A stretch of DNA of 58,743 nucleotides. Source: Dehalococcoidales bacterium (GTDB lineage: Bacteria; Chloroflexota; Dehalococcoidia; Dehalococcoidales; RBG-16-60-22). The position numbers and the translations under genes were made by a program. The notes below the pieces were generated by a model, which worked only from the letters and a program-made list of their open reading frames with translations, had not been told where the DNA came from and searched no databases. Below, one piece after another: positions 7,662 to 16,269 of this stretch (positions are counted from its first letter, which is position 1; each line of letters starts with the position of its first letter). The stretch is taken from positions 1 through 58,743 of the forward strand of contig JBEKDL010000001.1 of assembly GCA_050014355.1 (NCBI GenBank), given 5' to 3'.

Positions 7662-9195
7662 AGATGATAAAATGCCTATGAAAAAAGCTAAAACCCTGAT
7701 GATACAGGGCACCGCCTCTTCGGTGGGGAAGAGCGTAATCGTCACCGCGCTCTGCCGTATTTTCAAGCAGGACGGCTACCGCGTGGCGCCGTTCAAGGCG
7801 CAGAACATGGCGCTTAACTCTTACGTAACGGCGGAAGGCGGGGAAATCGGGCGGGCGCAGGTTGTCCAGGCGGAGGCGGCGGGCGTAGCGCCCACGGTGG
7901 ACATGAATCCGGTACTGCTCAAGCCCACCACGGACACCGGCTGCCAGGTCATCGTGCTGGGTAAAGTGGCGCGCACCATTTCCGCCCGGGACTACTATCA
8001 ATACACCCCTGCCCTGCTGGCCACTATCACGGAAGCGCTAGAGCGGCTCCGCGCCGCCTACGACATCGTCGTCATCGAAGGCGCGGGCAGCCCGGCGGAG
8101 ATAAACCTCAAGGAGCGGGAAATCGTCAACATGCGGGTAGCCAAAGCGTCCGGTTCGCCTGTGCTGCTGGTGGGGGATATTGACCGGGGCGGGGTGTTCG
8201 CGTCGCTCGTCGGCACGCTGGAACTGCTGGACGAGGACGAAAGACGTCACGTTAAAGGTCTAGTCATCAACAAGTTCCGCGGCGACGTCTCTCTTCTCAA
8301 ACCCGCCATCGATTTCCTGGAAAAGCGCACGGGTCTGCCCATGCTGGGCGTCATTCCCTATTTTGGCGATATCCGCATCGCCCAGGAAGATTCCGTCTAC
8401 CTGGAGGAAAAGGAAAACACCGCGCCCACCGGCGGCCTCGATATCGCCCTGATACGCCTGCCTCACATTTCCAACTACGATGATTTCGACCCCCTGGAAG
8501 AGGACGGCTGCACGGTCCGCTACGTGACGCAGCGTTTCGAGCTGGCCAGTCCCCACCTCATTATCCTCCCTGGCACCAAGAGCACCATCGCTGATCTGAC
8601 CTACCTGCGGCGCTCCGGGCTGGCCGCCGCTATCCTCGAAAAAGCGAAAGCTGGCACGCCAGTGGTCGGCATCTGCGGCGGCTACCAGATGCTCGGGCAA
8701 AAAATCCTCGACCCGCTTAAGGTGGAATCGAATGAGACGGAAGTCGCCGGCCTGGGCCTGCTCGATGCCGTCACCGAGTTCATCCCGGAGAAGTCCACCA
8801 GCCAGGTCAGGGCGCAGGTTGTTTCAGACCCGGGGCTGCTGGCGGGGGCTAAAGGTCTGGAAATCGCCGGATACGAAATACACATGGGGCAGACCAGCGT
8901 TAATGATAAAAAGTGCGCTTTCCGTATTATCGAGACGCCGCAGGGCGCCACCGATTATTCCGACGGTCTTTTAAACGAAAAAGGGGACATTCTCGGCACG
9001 TATATGCACGGACTTTTCTACAACGATGATTTCCGAAAAGTGTTCCTTAACAACCTGCGGCGCCACAGTGGACTGCCCGAAAGCGCGAGCGGCATCACGA
9101 CGGATAAAGACCAGCAGTACGATAAACTAGCAGACCTGGTACGCGGAAGCCTGGACTTGCCGCAAATCTACCGGATAATGGAGGCTGGTATTTGA
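7657..9195 (+). CDS. cobQ: Cobyric acid synthase (CobQ/CbiP)
   Basis: LMIQGTASSVGKS P-loop-like N-terminus and a C-terminal GATase block GICGGYQMLG. The true start may be ATG 7672 or 7678, because ATG 7657 lies inside the repeat arm. Confidence 0.9.
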   Translation: MTDDKMPMKKAKTLMIQGTASSVGKSVIVTALCRIFKQDGYRVAPFKAQNMALNSYVTAEGGEIGRAQVVQAEAAGVAPTVDMNPVLLKPTTDTGCQVIVLGKVARTISARDYYQYTPALLATITEALERLRAAYDIVVIEGAGSPAEINLKEREIVNMRVAKASGSPVLLVGDIDRGGVFASLVGTLELLDEDERRHVKGLVINKFRGDVSLLKPAIDFLEKRTGLPMLGVIPYFGDIRIAQEDSVYLEEKENTAPTGGLDIALIRLPHISNYDDFDPLEEDGCTVRYVTQRFELASPHLIILPGTKSTIADLTYLRRSGLAAAILEKAKAGTPVVGICGGYQMLGQKILDPLKVESNETEVAGLGLLDAVTEFIPEKSTSQVRAQVVSDPGLLAGAKGLEIAGYEIHMGQTSVNDKKCAFRIIETPQGATDYSDGLLNEKGDILGTYMHGLFYNDDFRKVFLNNLRRHSGLPESASGITTDKDQQYDKLADLVRGSLDLPQIYRIMEAGI

Positions 9196-9752
9196 AGACT
9201 ATTCTTATCCTCGGCGGGGCGCGCAGCGGCAAGAGCCGGCTGGCCGTGGAAATGGCGCAGAAGCGGGGCGGTGAAGTCCTCTTCGTGGCAACCGCCGAAG
9301 CCCGCGACGATGAGATGAAGCGCCGCGTCAAAGCGCACCGTCAGACACGGCCTCCAGAATGGAAGACACTGGAAGCCACGCTGCATATCGGCCGGCAGAT
9401 AAAACAAAATATCGGCCGGGCGCGGACAGTGCTAATCGATTGTATCACCCTGCTGGTGAATAACATCTTCGAGAAGTACGGCGAAAACGCCGGACCCTCG
9501 AAGCTGGAAAGGGCGGTCGAGGCAGAGATTAAAGCGCTGCTGGACTGCGCCGCTCAATCCGATGCCCTTTTTATCATCGTCAGCAACGAGGTGGGGCTGG
9601 GCATTATCCCCGCCGATGGCGTCAGTCGTCTTTACCGCGATTTGCTCGGCCGGGCCAACCAGATGCTCGCCGCCCGGGCCGACGAGGTCTATCTGCTGGT
9701 GGCCGGCCTGCCGGTGGCCCTAAAAAAGTCCAATCCCGACATTGACAGCTAA
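9192..9752 (+). CDS. cobU: Adenosylcobinamide kinase / adenosylcobinamide-phosphate guanylyltransferase
   Basis: ILGGARSGKS P-loop, about 186 aa. TTG start overlaps the cobQ stop (TTGA) and lies 7 nt after GGAGG. Confidence 0.9.
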   Translation: MKTILILGGARSGKSRLAVEMAQKRGGEVLFVATAEARDDEMKRRVKAHRQTRPPEWKTLEATLHIGRQIKQNIGRARTVLIDCITLLVNNIFEKYGENAGPSKLERAVEAEIKALLDCAAQSDALFIIVSNEVGLGIIPADGVSRLYRDLLGRANQMLAARADEVYLLVAGLPVALKKSNPDIDS

Positions 9753-9770
9753 ATACAGTTAGTGTATCAT
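9742..9770 (+). promoter_or_regulatory. Candidate sigma70 promoter for the GYD gene
   Basis: TTGACA (9742-9747), a 17-nt spacer, then TATCAT (9765-9770). Confidence 0.4.
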
Positions 9771-9830
9771 AGGCTCATTATTGTATTCATGAGTCGAAAA
9801 CCACGACTCTAACTAAAAGGGGTGACCGAT

Positions 9831-10136
9831 ATGCCGTATTATGTAATGATGACTAAACTGACCGATGCCGGCCGGAAAACCGTCATGCGCAATCCCTCCA
9901 GAATCTGGGAAGTGAACAAAGAGGTCGAGGACATGGGGGCGAAAATAATTTCCCAGTACTCCCTTCTCGGCGAGTGGGATTTCATCAACATCCTGGAAGC
10001 CCCGAGCAACACTGTCATCGCCAGGGTATCGGCGGCACTCGGTTCCCGCGGCACCCTGGAACCTCTGACGATGTCCGCCATCACCATCGAAGACCTGGTC
10101 AAAGAAATCCAGATGGCCAAAGCCCTCAATAAATAA
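9831..10136 (+). CDS. GYD domain-containing protein
   Basis: MPYYVMM..KLTDAG...GEWDFINILEAP pattern is typical of the GYD family. ATG 9831 lies 8 nt after AAAGGGG. Confidence 0.7.
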   Translation: MPYYVMMTKLTDAGRKTVMRNPSRIWEVNKEVEDMGAKIISQYSLLGEWDFINILEAPSNTVIARVSAALGSRGTLEPLTMSAITIEDLVKEIQMAKALNK

Positions 10137-10188
10137 CCACCTGGGCGCTATCAATACCAGCGTAATTGATAACGTACTTCCTCCAGAA

Positions 10189-10228
10189 ATCGGGCTCTGT
10201 TTCCAACCGGAGCCCGATGTTGTTTTTT
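10189..10228 (+). terminator. Intrinsic terminator
   Basis: ATCGGGCTC...GAGCCCGAT 9-bp stem followed by TTGTTTTTT. Confidence 0.6.
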
Positions 10229-10286
10229 ATCACACCTTTCAACTCGATTGTTTTATAATAGTACCTGAAGAGCGTGAGAAAAGACC

Positions 10287-11042
10287 GTGACAGCCAAGCT
10301 AAAACCCCTTAAATGGTATCAAGAATTAGCCGATAAAAAAGCTCGGTTAAGCGCTGGCGCTTTCCTCATGGAAGGGGAAAAGGCCATCCGCCAGGTGCTG
10401 GCCAATCACCCGGAAGCTATCATAGAGATAATTTCCGAAGGTGAACCCCCGCTCGATTTCCGTAAATATCCCACGCGCGAGGTCAGCAAAAGCCAGTTCG
10501 ACTATATCAGCACCACACGTACGCCGCAGGGTCTCGCCGCGGTGCTGAAAATGCCGGCGGACATCTATTCCGCCCGCCTTCCTGCCGAGGCCGGCGGTAA
10601 AATCCTCCTGCTGGAGGATATCCAGGACCCCGGCAACGCGGGCACGCTTATCCGCACCGCCGCCGCTTTCGACTTTTCCGGCGTGATTTTATCGGATAAA
10701 TGCGCCGACCCTTTTTCTCCCAAAGTGGTGCAGTCGACCGCCGGCGCGGTAATGTCGGTATGGCTTAGAGCCGCTGCGCAGTATCTGGAGCTCTCGAACT
10801 CATTGCGCGCCAGAGGTTACAAGCTTATCGCCGCGGAACTGAACGGCCGGGACAGCCCGGATGTTTTACACCTTAACCGTTTTATCCTGGCGCTGGGTAA
10901 CGAAGGCGCTGGCCTTTCCCCTGGCCTGCTGAAAATCGCCGACTACCGCGTGGGCATACCAATAGCGCGGGAAAAAGCGGAGTCGCTCAACGCGGCCGTG
11001 TGCGGGGCGATAATGATGTATTTGAGCGGCGGGAGAAGATAA
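10287..11042 (+). CDS. SpoU/TrmH-family RNA 2'-O-methyltransferase (RlmB-like)
   Basis: LLLEDIQDPGNAGTLIRTA, LALGNEGAGLS and SLNAAVCGAIMMY, the three SPOUT motifs. GTG start. Confidence 0.8.
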   Translation: MTAKLKPLKWYQELADKKARLSAGAFLMEGEKAIRQVLANHPEAIIEIISEGEPPLDFRKYPTREVSKSQFDYISTTRTPQGLAAVLKMPADIYSARLPAEAGGKILLLEDIQDPGNAGTLIRTAAAFDFSGVILSDKCADPFSPKVVQSTAGAVMSVWLRAAAQYLELSNSLRARGYKLIAAELNGRDSPDVLHLNRFILALGNEGAGLSPGLLKIADYRVGIPIAREKAESLNAAVCGAIMMYLSGGRR

Positions 11043-11076
11043 TGCTTTTTTCGCTTCTTAAAAAACATTCCGATAA

Positions 11077-11106
11077 TTGACATTTTCCCCTGAAACGATG
11101 TAATTT
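11077..11106 (+). promoter_or_regulatory. Candidate sigma70 promoter
   Basis: TTGACA (11077-11082), an 18-nt spacer, then TAATTT. Confidence 0.3.
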
Positions 11107-11145
11107 CATGGGGAAACTATTCGCTTGCCACCCGGAGGGGCTTTC

Positions 11146-11613
11146 ATGGCGCAAGAAATATTTGAAAATTCTCCATTTGATAACAAGCATTATCATCATG
11201 TCGGCGTTATCGTTAAGAATATTGAAAAAACGATTGCCTATCTTACATCGCTGGGCATTGGGCCGTTCGGCATGCCGGGCGGGGAGAAATGGGTAGAGGT
11301 GTCTTTCAAGGGCGAACTGCGCGGCAGGCCCGCGGCATGGAAGGTAAAAATCAGCAACGCCAGACTCGGCAGCGGGGAGCTCGAATTGCTCCAACCCAGC
11401 GGTGGAAAATCGTTGCTGCAGGAGTTCCTGGATACTCACGGCGAGGGCCTGCACCACATCGGCTACATCACCGATGACCTGGATAGAGATATAAAAACAC
11501 TTGCCAGACAGGGCGTCAAGGTCCTGACCAGCGCTGTCGCAGGAGGCGGAGGTTTCGCTTACTTCGAGACCGGCGGCGCCGGCGGAATCATTACCGAGCT
11601 AAGGCAGCTATAA
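11146..11613 (+). CDS. VOC-family protein (glyoxalase / methylmalonyl-CoA epimerase-like)
   Basis: HHVGVIVKNIEK and GEGLHHIGY metal-ligand blocks plus the terminal E in ITELRQ. ATG 11146 lies 5-6 nt after GGAGGGG. Confidence 0.7.
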   Translation: MAQEIFENSPFDNKHYHHVGVIVKNIEKTIAYLTSLGIGPFGMPGGEKWVEVSFKGELRGRPAAWKVKISNARLGSGELELLQPSGGKSLLQEFLDTHGEGLHHIGYITDDLDRDIKTLARQGVKVLTSAVAGGGGFAYFETGGAGGIITELRQL

Positions 11614-11630
11614 AACGAGGAGAAAAGATT

Positions 11631-12650
11631 ATGAAAGCAGCCATTTTAAGAGGCATCGGGCTGAAAAACTTACACGTTGAGGACGTCCCGGAACCGCAGG
11701 CGCGGCCGGACGAGGTCAAGGTGAAAATCGCTTACTGTGGCTTATGCGGCACCGACCCCGAAAACGTCGAGGGGCGCTTCGGCCTGATACCCCCGGAGGC
11801 GTACGAGAAGCCACAGATGCTGGGACATGAGGCTTCGGGCACTATCGTCGCGGTGGGCAGCAATATCAAAAGCTATAAGGTCGGGCAAAGGGTTGCCTGC
11901 GATTTCAAAGGCGCCTGCGGAAAATGCTATTACTGCCGTAACCAGATGGAGCACTTCTGCCAGGACCAGGCGCGCGCTTCCGGCTCTTTCGCGGAGTACG
12001 CCGTCTACCCGGAAAGCGCTATCTATGCGCTGCCGGATAACATCAGCCTGGAGGCCGGTTGTTTCCTCGAGCCGGTATCTGTCGCCGTCCATGCTATCGA
12101 CATCGCCGGCGTCCGCCCGAGCAGTACCGTCGCCATATCCGGCGCCGGTCCCATCGGCCTGCTCTGCTTACAGGTGGCGCTCAAGGCCGGGGCGGCACGG
12201 GTCATGGTGTCCGAGCCGGTGGCCGGTAAGCGCGATGTGGCTAAAAAGCTGGGCTCGGATGTCACCGCCGACCCCTACAAGGAAAACCTGGAAGAACTCG
12301 GCAATAAGCTGACGGAGGGGCGCGGGTTCGATACCGTCATCGAGGCCAGCAGTGACCTCGCGGCGGCTAAGCTGGCGATTAACCTCGCGGGCAAATGCGG
12401 CACGGTAGTCTGGGCAGCCGTCTACCCCGTCGAGGCGGAAATCGGCGTGCCACCCTTTACCATGTACGCGAAAGAGCTGTCTATCCGCTCCGTTTTCGTA
12501 TCGCCCTACTGTTTCCCCAGGGCGCTGACTCTCTTGCCTAAACTCGACATCAAGACGCTAATCACGAACATAATTCCGCTAAGAGACATTAAGAAAGCCT
12601 TCGAGCTGCACGAGACCAGGAAGCCGATAAAGATTCTGATTCAGCCATAA
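11631..12650 (+). CDS. Zinc-dependent medium-chain alcohol/polyol dehydrogenase
   Basis: CGLCGTD, GHEASGTIVAVG, structural-zinc Cys cluster CGKCYYC, and GAGPIGL Rossmann motif. Confidence 0.85.
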   Translation: MKAAILRGIGLKNLHVEDVPEPQARPDEVKVKIAYCGLCGTDPENVEGRFGLIPPEAYEKPQMLGHEASGTIVAVGSNIKSYKVGQRVACDFKGACGKCYYCRNQMEHFCQDQARASGSFAEYAVYPESAIYALPDNISLEAGCFLEPVSVAVHAIDIAGVRPSSTVAISGAGPIGLLCLQVALKAGAARVMVSEPVAGKRDVAKKLGSDVTADPYKENLEELGNKLTEGRGFDTVIEASSDLAAAKLAINLAGKCGTVVWAAVYPVEAEIGVPPFTMYAKELSIRSVFVSPYCFPRALTLLPKLDIKTLITNIIPLRDIKKAFELHETRKPIKILIQP

Positions 12651-12669
12651 AAATAAAGCGAGGCCGACC

Positions 12670-12876
12670 ATGACGGAACAGATACACTGTAAGAAATGCC
12701 ACATGCTGCTGTACTTCGGCGAAGAAATAAAGCGCCGGCTCTACATGCGGGCGATACCTTCGGAGGCAACGGTGCTGGGCTTCTACGAAAACAAATGCCC
12801 CCGCTGCGGCGCCAAGCTGACGCTCAAGACGGTAGAAATCAAGACAGAGGGGCGGAAAAAACATGTCGCACGATGA
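12670..12876 (+). CDS. Small zinc-ribbon protein (hypothetical)
   Basis: CKKC...CPRC pairs in a 68-aa basic protein. Overlaps the transketolase start by 14 nt. A GCGAGG-type RBS is upstream. Confidence 0.45.
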   Translation: MTEQIHCKKCHMLLYFGEEIKRRLYMRAIPSEATVLGFYENKCPRCGAKLTLKTVEIKTEGRKKHVAR

Positions 12877-13768
12877 AAAGCTCATCAAGGCGCTGGAAAA
12901 GAAGGCTGACGAGATACGTAAAAACTGTTTCACTATTTTTGAATCGACGCAGATGGGCCACAGCGGCGGCACTATGTCGCTCATCGAAATCATCACCAGC
13001 CTGTATTTCCATCACATCAAGTTCGACCCGAAACAATGCGACTGGCCGGATCGCGACCGCGTGGTGCTCTCCAAGGCCCACTGCTGCGAGGCTATTTACG
13101 CCGCCCTTGTCGAGTTGGGCGTTTATACTAAAGAAACTTTGAAGACTTACTACTGCTACGGCTCGCCGTTCCAGGGGCACGCGGACAGGTGGTGCACGCC
13201 GGGCATCGATTACTCCGGGGGTTCGCTGGGGCAGGGGCTCTCTTTCGCCGCGGGCATGGCCTACGCTGAAAAACTGAAGTCGGCGGTCAAGGACATCAAC
13301 TTCGGCCAGGGCGGATTTTTACAGAGGTATATCGTGAGGCTGGACCCGCTTTACCGCTGCTACGCTATCCTGGGCGACGGCGAATGCCAGGAAGGCATGG
13401 TCTGGGAGGCCGCCATGTTCGCCGCCAAGTACAAGCTGGACAATCTCATCGCTATTGTGGACTATAATAAGTTCTCGCTGGACGGCCCGACCAACGAGGT
13501 GATGAACCTGGAGCCTTTGATAGATAAATGGAAAGCCTTCGGGTGGTGGGTGACGGAAATCGACGGCCACGACATCCGCCAGATAGTCGACACGCTTGAC
13601 CTGACCACCCATCTTTACGGCGATTACCGTCCCAAGTGCATTATCGCCCATACCGTTAAAGGCCACGGCATACCGGCCTGGGAGACCGAGCACATTCACC
13701 TGGGCCGCGGCGACGTGATTATGAGGGGCGTTAAGGAAGGGAGGAAAAAATATGCCGACCTTCAATAA
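12863..13768 (+). CDS. Transketolase, N-terminal (TPP pyrophosphate-binding) subunit
   Basis: GHSGGTMS and GDGECQEGMVWEA, the TPP-binding motif of split transketolases. Confidence 0.9.
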   Translation: MSHDEKLIKALEKKADEIRKNCFTIFESTQMGHSGGTMSLIEIITSLYFHHIKFDPKQCDWPDRDRVVLSKAHCCEAIYAALVELGVYTKETLKTYYCYGSPFQGHADRWCTPGIDYSGGSLGQGLSFAAGMAYAEKLKSAVKDINFGQGGFLQRYIVRLDPLYRCYAILGDGECQEGMVWEAAMFAAKYKLDNLIAIVDYNKFSLDGPTNEVMNLEPLIDKWKAFGWWVTEIDGHDIRQIVDTLDLTTHLYGDYRPKCIIAHTVKGHGIPAWETEHIHLGRGDVIMRGVKEGRKKYADLQ

Positions 13769-14747
13769 ATACGTGAAAATAGAAAACAAGCCGGTGACAG
13801 TGGCGGCAGGACTGGAGAAAGCAATTACCGCCGCGGCGGCGAAGAACGAGCGTATCATCGCGGTGCTGGAGGATATGGGGTTCCCGGGCATGCTCTGGTT
13901 CAAGAAAAACGCGCCCGACCGCATGATGGAGTGCGGCATCGCCGAGCAGAACGCCGCCGTGGCATCGGCCGGACTGGCCGCGGAAGGTTTTATTCCCATA
14001 ATCAACAGCTTCCTTTTCGCTAACGTCGGCCGGGCTTACAACCAGATTAGGCAGAGTATACTGGTCGACCGTTTTAACGTGAAATTCATCGGACGCGAAG
14101 GCGCCTGGGGCGAGACCGGCATCTCGCATAACACTGTAGAAGGCATCGGCAGCGCGCGTGTGCTGCCCAACCTGGTCATTTTAAACCCTGCTGACGACGT
14201 CGAAGCGGAGAAAGCCGCCGAGGCAATGTTACAGTACATCGGCCCGGTATTGTTAAGGCAGGAGTCCAGCCCGTCGCCGATGAGGATATTCGCGCCTAAT
14301 GTCCCCTTCGATATCGGCAAGGCTTTTTCGTTGCACGACGGCAAGGACGCCACCATCATCGCCACCGGCTATATGCTGACCGAAGCAATAAGGGCGCTGG
14401 ATATACTGGAAAAGGCTGGCCTGGACGTGGGCCTGCTGGACATGTGCACGCTTAAACCGCTGGACGATGAAGCGATAATCAAAGCGGCGCGGCAGACCGG
14501 CGCTATCGTGACGGCGGAAAACGGCAGCGTCATCGGGGGGCTGGGAGACGGCGTGGCGGCGGTTCTTTCTGAAAACCTCCCCACCCCACTTATAAAAGTA
14601 GGGGTCGAGGACGAGTTCAGCCAGTCAGGCAAAATTACCGGCGATATCGATGAGCTTAAAACGCACTTCGGCCTCCGTGCCGAGGACATTGCGGTTTCTA
14701 TTAAAGAGTGCGTTGCTAAGAAAAAGAAGCTGAAGAAAAAGCAATAA
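13752..14747 (+). CDS. Transketolase, C-terminal (pyrimidine-binding) subunit
   Basis: ECGIAEQNAA block, about 330 aa. Overlaps the N-terminal subunit gene by 17 nt. Confidence 0.9.
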   Translation: MPTFNKYVKIENKPVTVAAGLEKAITAAAAKNERIIAVLEDMGFPGMLWFKKNAPDRMMECGIAEQNAAVASAGLAAEGFIPIINSFLFANVGRAYNQIRQSILVDRFNVKFIGREGAWGETGISHNTVEGIGSARVLPNLVILNPADDVEAEKAAEAMLQYIGPVLLRQESSPSPMRIFAPNVPFDIGKAFSLHDGKDATIIATGYMLTEAIRALDILEKAGLDVGLLDMCTLKPLDDEAIIKAARQTGAIVTAENGSVIGGLGDGVAAVLSENLPTPLIKVGVEDEFSQSGKITGDIDELKTHFGLRAEDIAVSIKECVAKKKKLKKKQ

Positions 14748-14748
14748 T

Positions 14749-15149
14749 TGTCATTGCGAAGGTATATCCCGAAGCAATCCGTTTCTTTATAGCTTATCTA
14801 TTGTATCTGATCGTACAGGTCTGACCATTGAGGATTGAACGATTCTACAAGTTTGTTCTTTCTTGCCCTGGAACTGCCTTTCAGGCGCTTTTCTCTTAAG
14901 ATAGCTTCCTCCGGGTCATCATAAACCTCGTAATACACTAGTTTATTTATATCGTATTTCGCAGTGAATCCTTTGACCAGTTTGTTTTTATGTTCAAAAA
15001 CCCTTCTTTTTAAATCGCTGGTTACTCCGATGTATAAAGCAACATTGGTGCGGTTAACCATAAAATATATGCAGTATTGCTTATTGAATTTCATGATTAC
15101 TCAATTTAAATGAAGAGAACGGATTGCTTCGCTACGCTCGCAATGACAT
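14749..15149. mobile_element. GIY-YIG nuclease gene bracketed by ~35-bp inverted repeats (putative selfish/mobile cassette)
   Basis: The left end is tgtcattgcgaaggtatatcccgaagcaatccgtttc. The reverse complement of the right end is tgtcattgcgagcgtagcgaagcaatccgttc. The nuclease ORF fills the interior. Confidence 0.6.
14798..15094 (-). CDS. GIY-YIG nuclease superfamily protein (UPF0213-like)
   Basis: CIYFMVNRTNVALYIGVTSDLKRRVFEHK (GIY...YIG...R..EH) and REKRLKG. 98 aa. Confidence 0.85.
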   Translation of the reverse strand: MKFNKQYCIYFMVNRTNVALYIGVTSDLKRRVFEHKNKLVKGFTAKYDINKLVYYEVYDDPEEAILREKRLKGSSRARKNKLVESFNPQWSDLYDQIQ

Positions 15150-15166
15150 ATTCTTTCGGGCGCTTT

Positions 15167-16144
15167 CTACCCCTTTATCGGCTTCAGCCCTGCTTCCAGG
15201 CGGGCATCGTTAATGTGCAGCAAAACCGCCTTCTCCAGCGGCATACAGGAAAAGCCGAAATCATCTTGAGCGCGCTTCCCGCTTACCAGCCACGGCAGGC
15301 CGGCCTCGCCTTCAGGGTCGATTATCTGCTCTTTCCCGAAGGTGATTTTAGCGTCCGGGATATATTTTTTTACCACTCTCGCCATGTCCCGGGGACTGGT
15401 GGCCAGGCCGCCCACGTTATAGACCGGGTGGGGGGATGAAGGGGCTTTTATCAGCATTCTCGTGAATTCCGCCAGGTCGTCCGCGGAGACCAGCGAGCAG
15501 AGACCGTGGCCGTCTCCTTTCATCGAAAAAGGCCTTCCAACGGCGCATAGCGATGGCATGTCCGACCAGTATTGGGCCGGCGAACGTCCGCCATGCCCGT
15601 AGCCGATGGTCGGCCTTAGCCCTGTAAAGCTCATGCCGAACTGCCGGGAATAATCAGCGGCCATTATCTCGGCATACTTTTTAGACACCGCATAGGAATG
15701 GGTGGGGTTGGTCTGATTGTCCTCGGTCACCTCTCGCAGGCCGTACATCGCCTGCGGACCGTAAACCGTCTCCGAGCTGGCATAAATAACTCGCCCGGCG
15801 CCCATTATTTTCGCCGCCTCGAAAGCGTTGCTCATACCCAGAATATTCACCTTCGTGACCAGCCGCGGGTCAACAGGCACGTCTTGAGCGACCATGATAA
15901 AAGCCCAGTTGATGACCCGGTCTATGGCATGCTGCTTCATCGCGTTCAGAATATCTTCGATTTGTGATACGTCGCCGCGAACAAATTCGAACCTGCTTCT
16001 GTATTTAGAGATGGACTTCTGGAACCATTCCACCGGTGGGGCCAGGTCCATGGATACCACACCGGATATTTCTTTATCCCGCAACAGGTAAAGACATGTC
16101 TTGCGCCCGAAAAGCCCGCTGCCCCCCAGGACCAGCACTTTCAT
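15167..16144 (-). CDS. NAD-dependent epimerase/dehydratase (extended SDR)
   Basis: MKVLVLGGSGLFG Rossmann motif and YAVSKKYAE (YxxxK). ATG at 16144 is preceded by GGAGGGAGAG. The listed 16273 start adds an unsupported 43-aa extension. Confidence 0.8.
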   Translation of the reverse strand: MKVLVLGGSGLFGRKTCLYLLRDKEISGVVSMDLAPPVEWFQKSISKYRSRFEFVRGDVSQIEDILNAMKQHAIDRVINWAFIMVAQDVPVDPRLVTKVNILGMSNAFEAAKIMGAGRVIYASSETVYGPQAMYGLREVTEDNQTNPTHSYAVSKKYAEIMAADYSRQFGMSFTGLRPTIGYGHGGRSPAQYWSDMPSLCAVGRPFSMKGDGHGLCSLVSADDLAEFTRMLIKAPSSPHPVYNVGGLATSPRDMARVVKKYIPDAKITFGKEQIIDPEGEAGLPWLVSGKRAQDDFGFSCMPLEKAVLLHINDARLEAGLKPIKG

Positions 16145-16269
16145 TCTCTCCCTCCTGCCCGATTCTCTCCCAGACAATATATAGTTATCCCTTGCCCGTG
16201 TCAATTTGATGCAACTGGGGTGAAAGCGCACGCGATAAAAGAAAAGGCTTGCCGATTCAACCGGGGAAA

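Noticed and set aside
7527-7766. 79-aa minus-strand ORF across the cobS-cobQ junction
   Set aside because: It is composed of the palindromic element plus antisense cobQ sequence, with no RBS.
13319-14005. 228-aa minus-strand ORF
   Set aside because: It is antisense to the junction of the two transketolase subunit genes, and the plus-strand genes carry the diagnostic TPP motifs.
15110-15439. 109-aa plus-strand ORF beginning MKRTDCFATLAMT
   Set aside because: Its N-terminus is a translation of the right inverted repeat of the GIY-YIG element, and the rest is antisense to the epimerase gene. It is a typical repeat-seeded false ORF.
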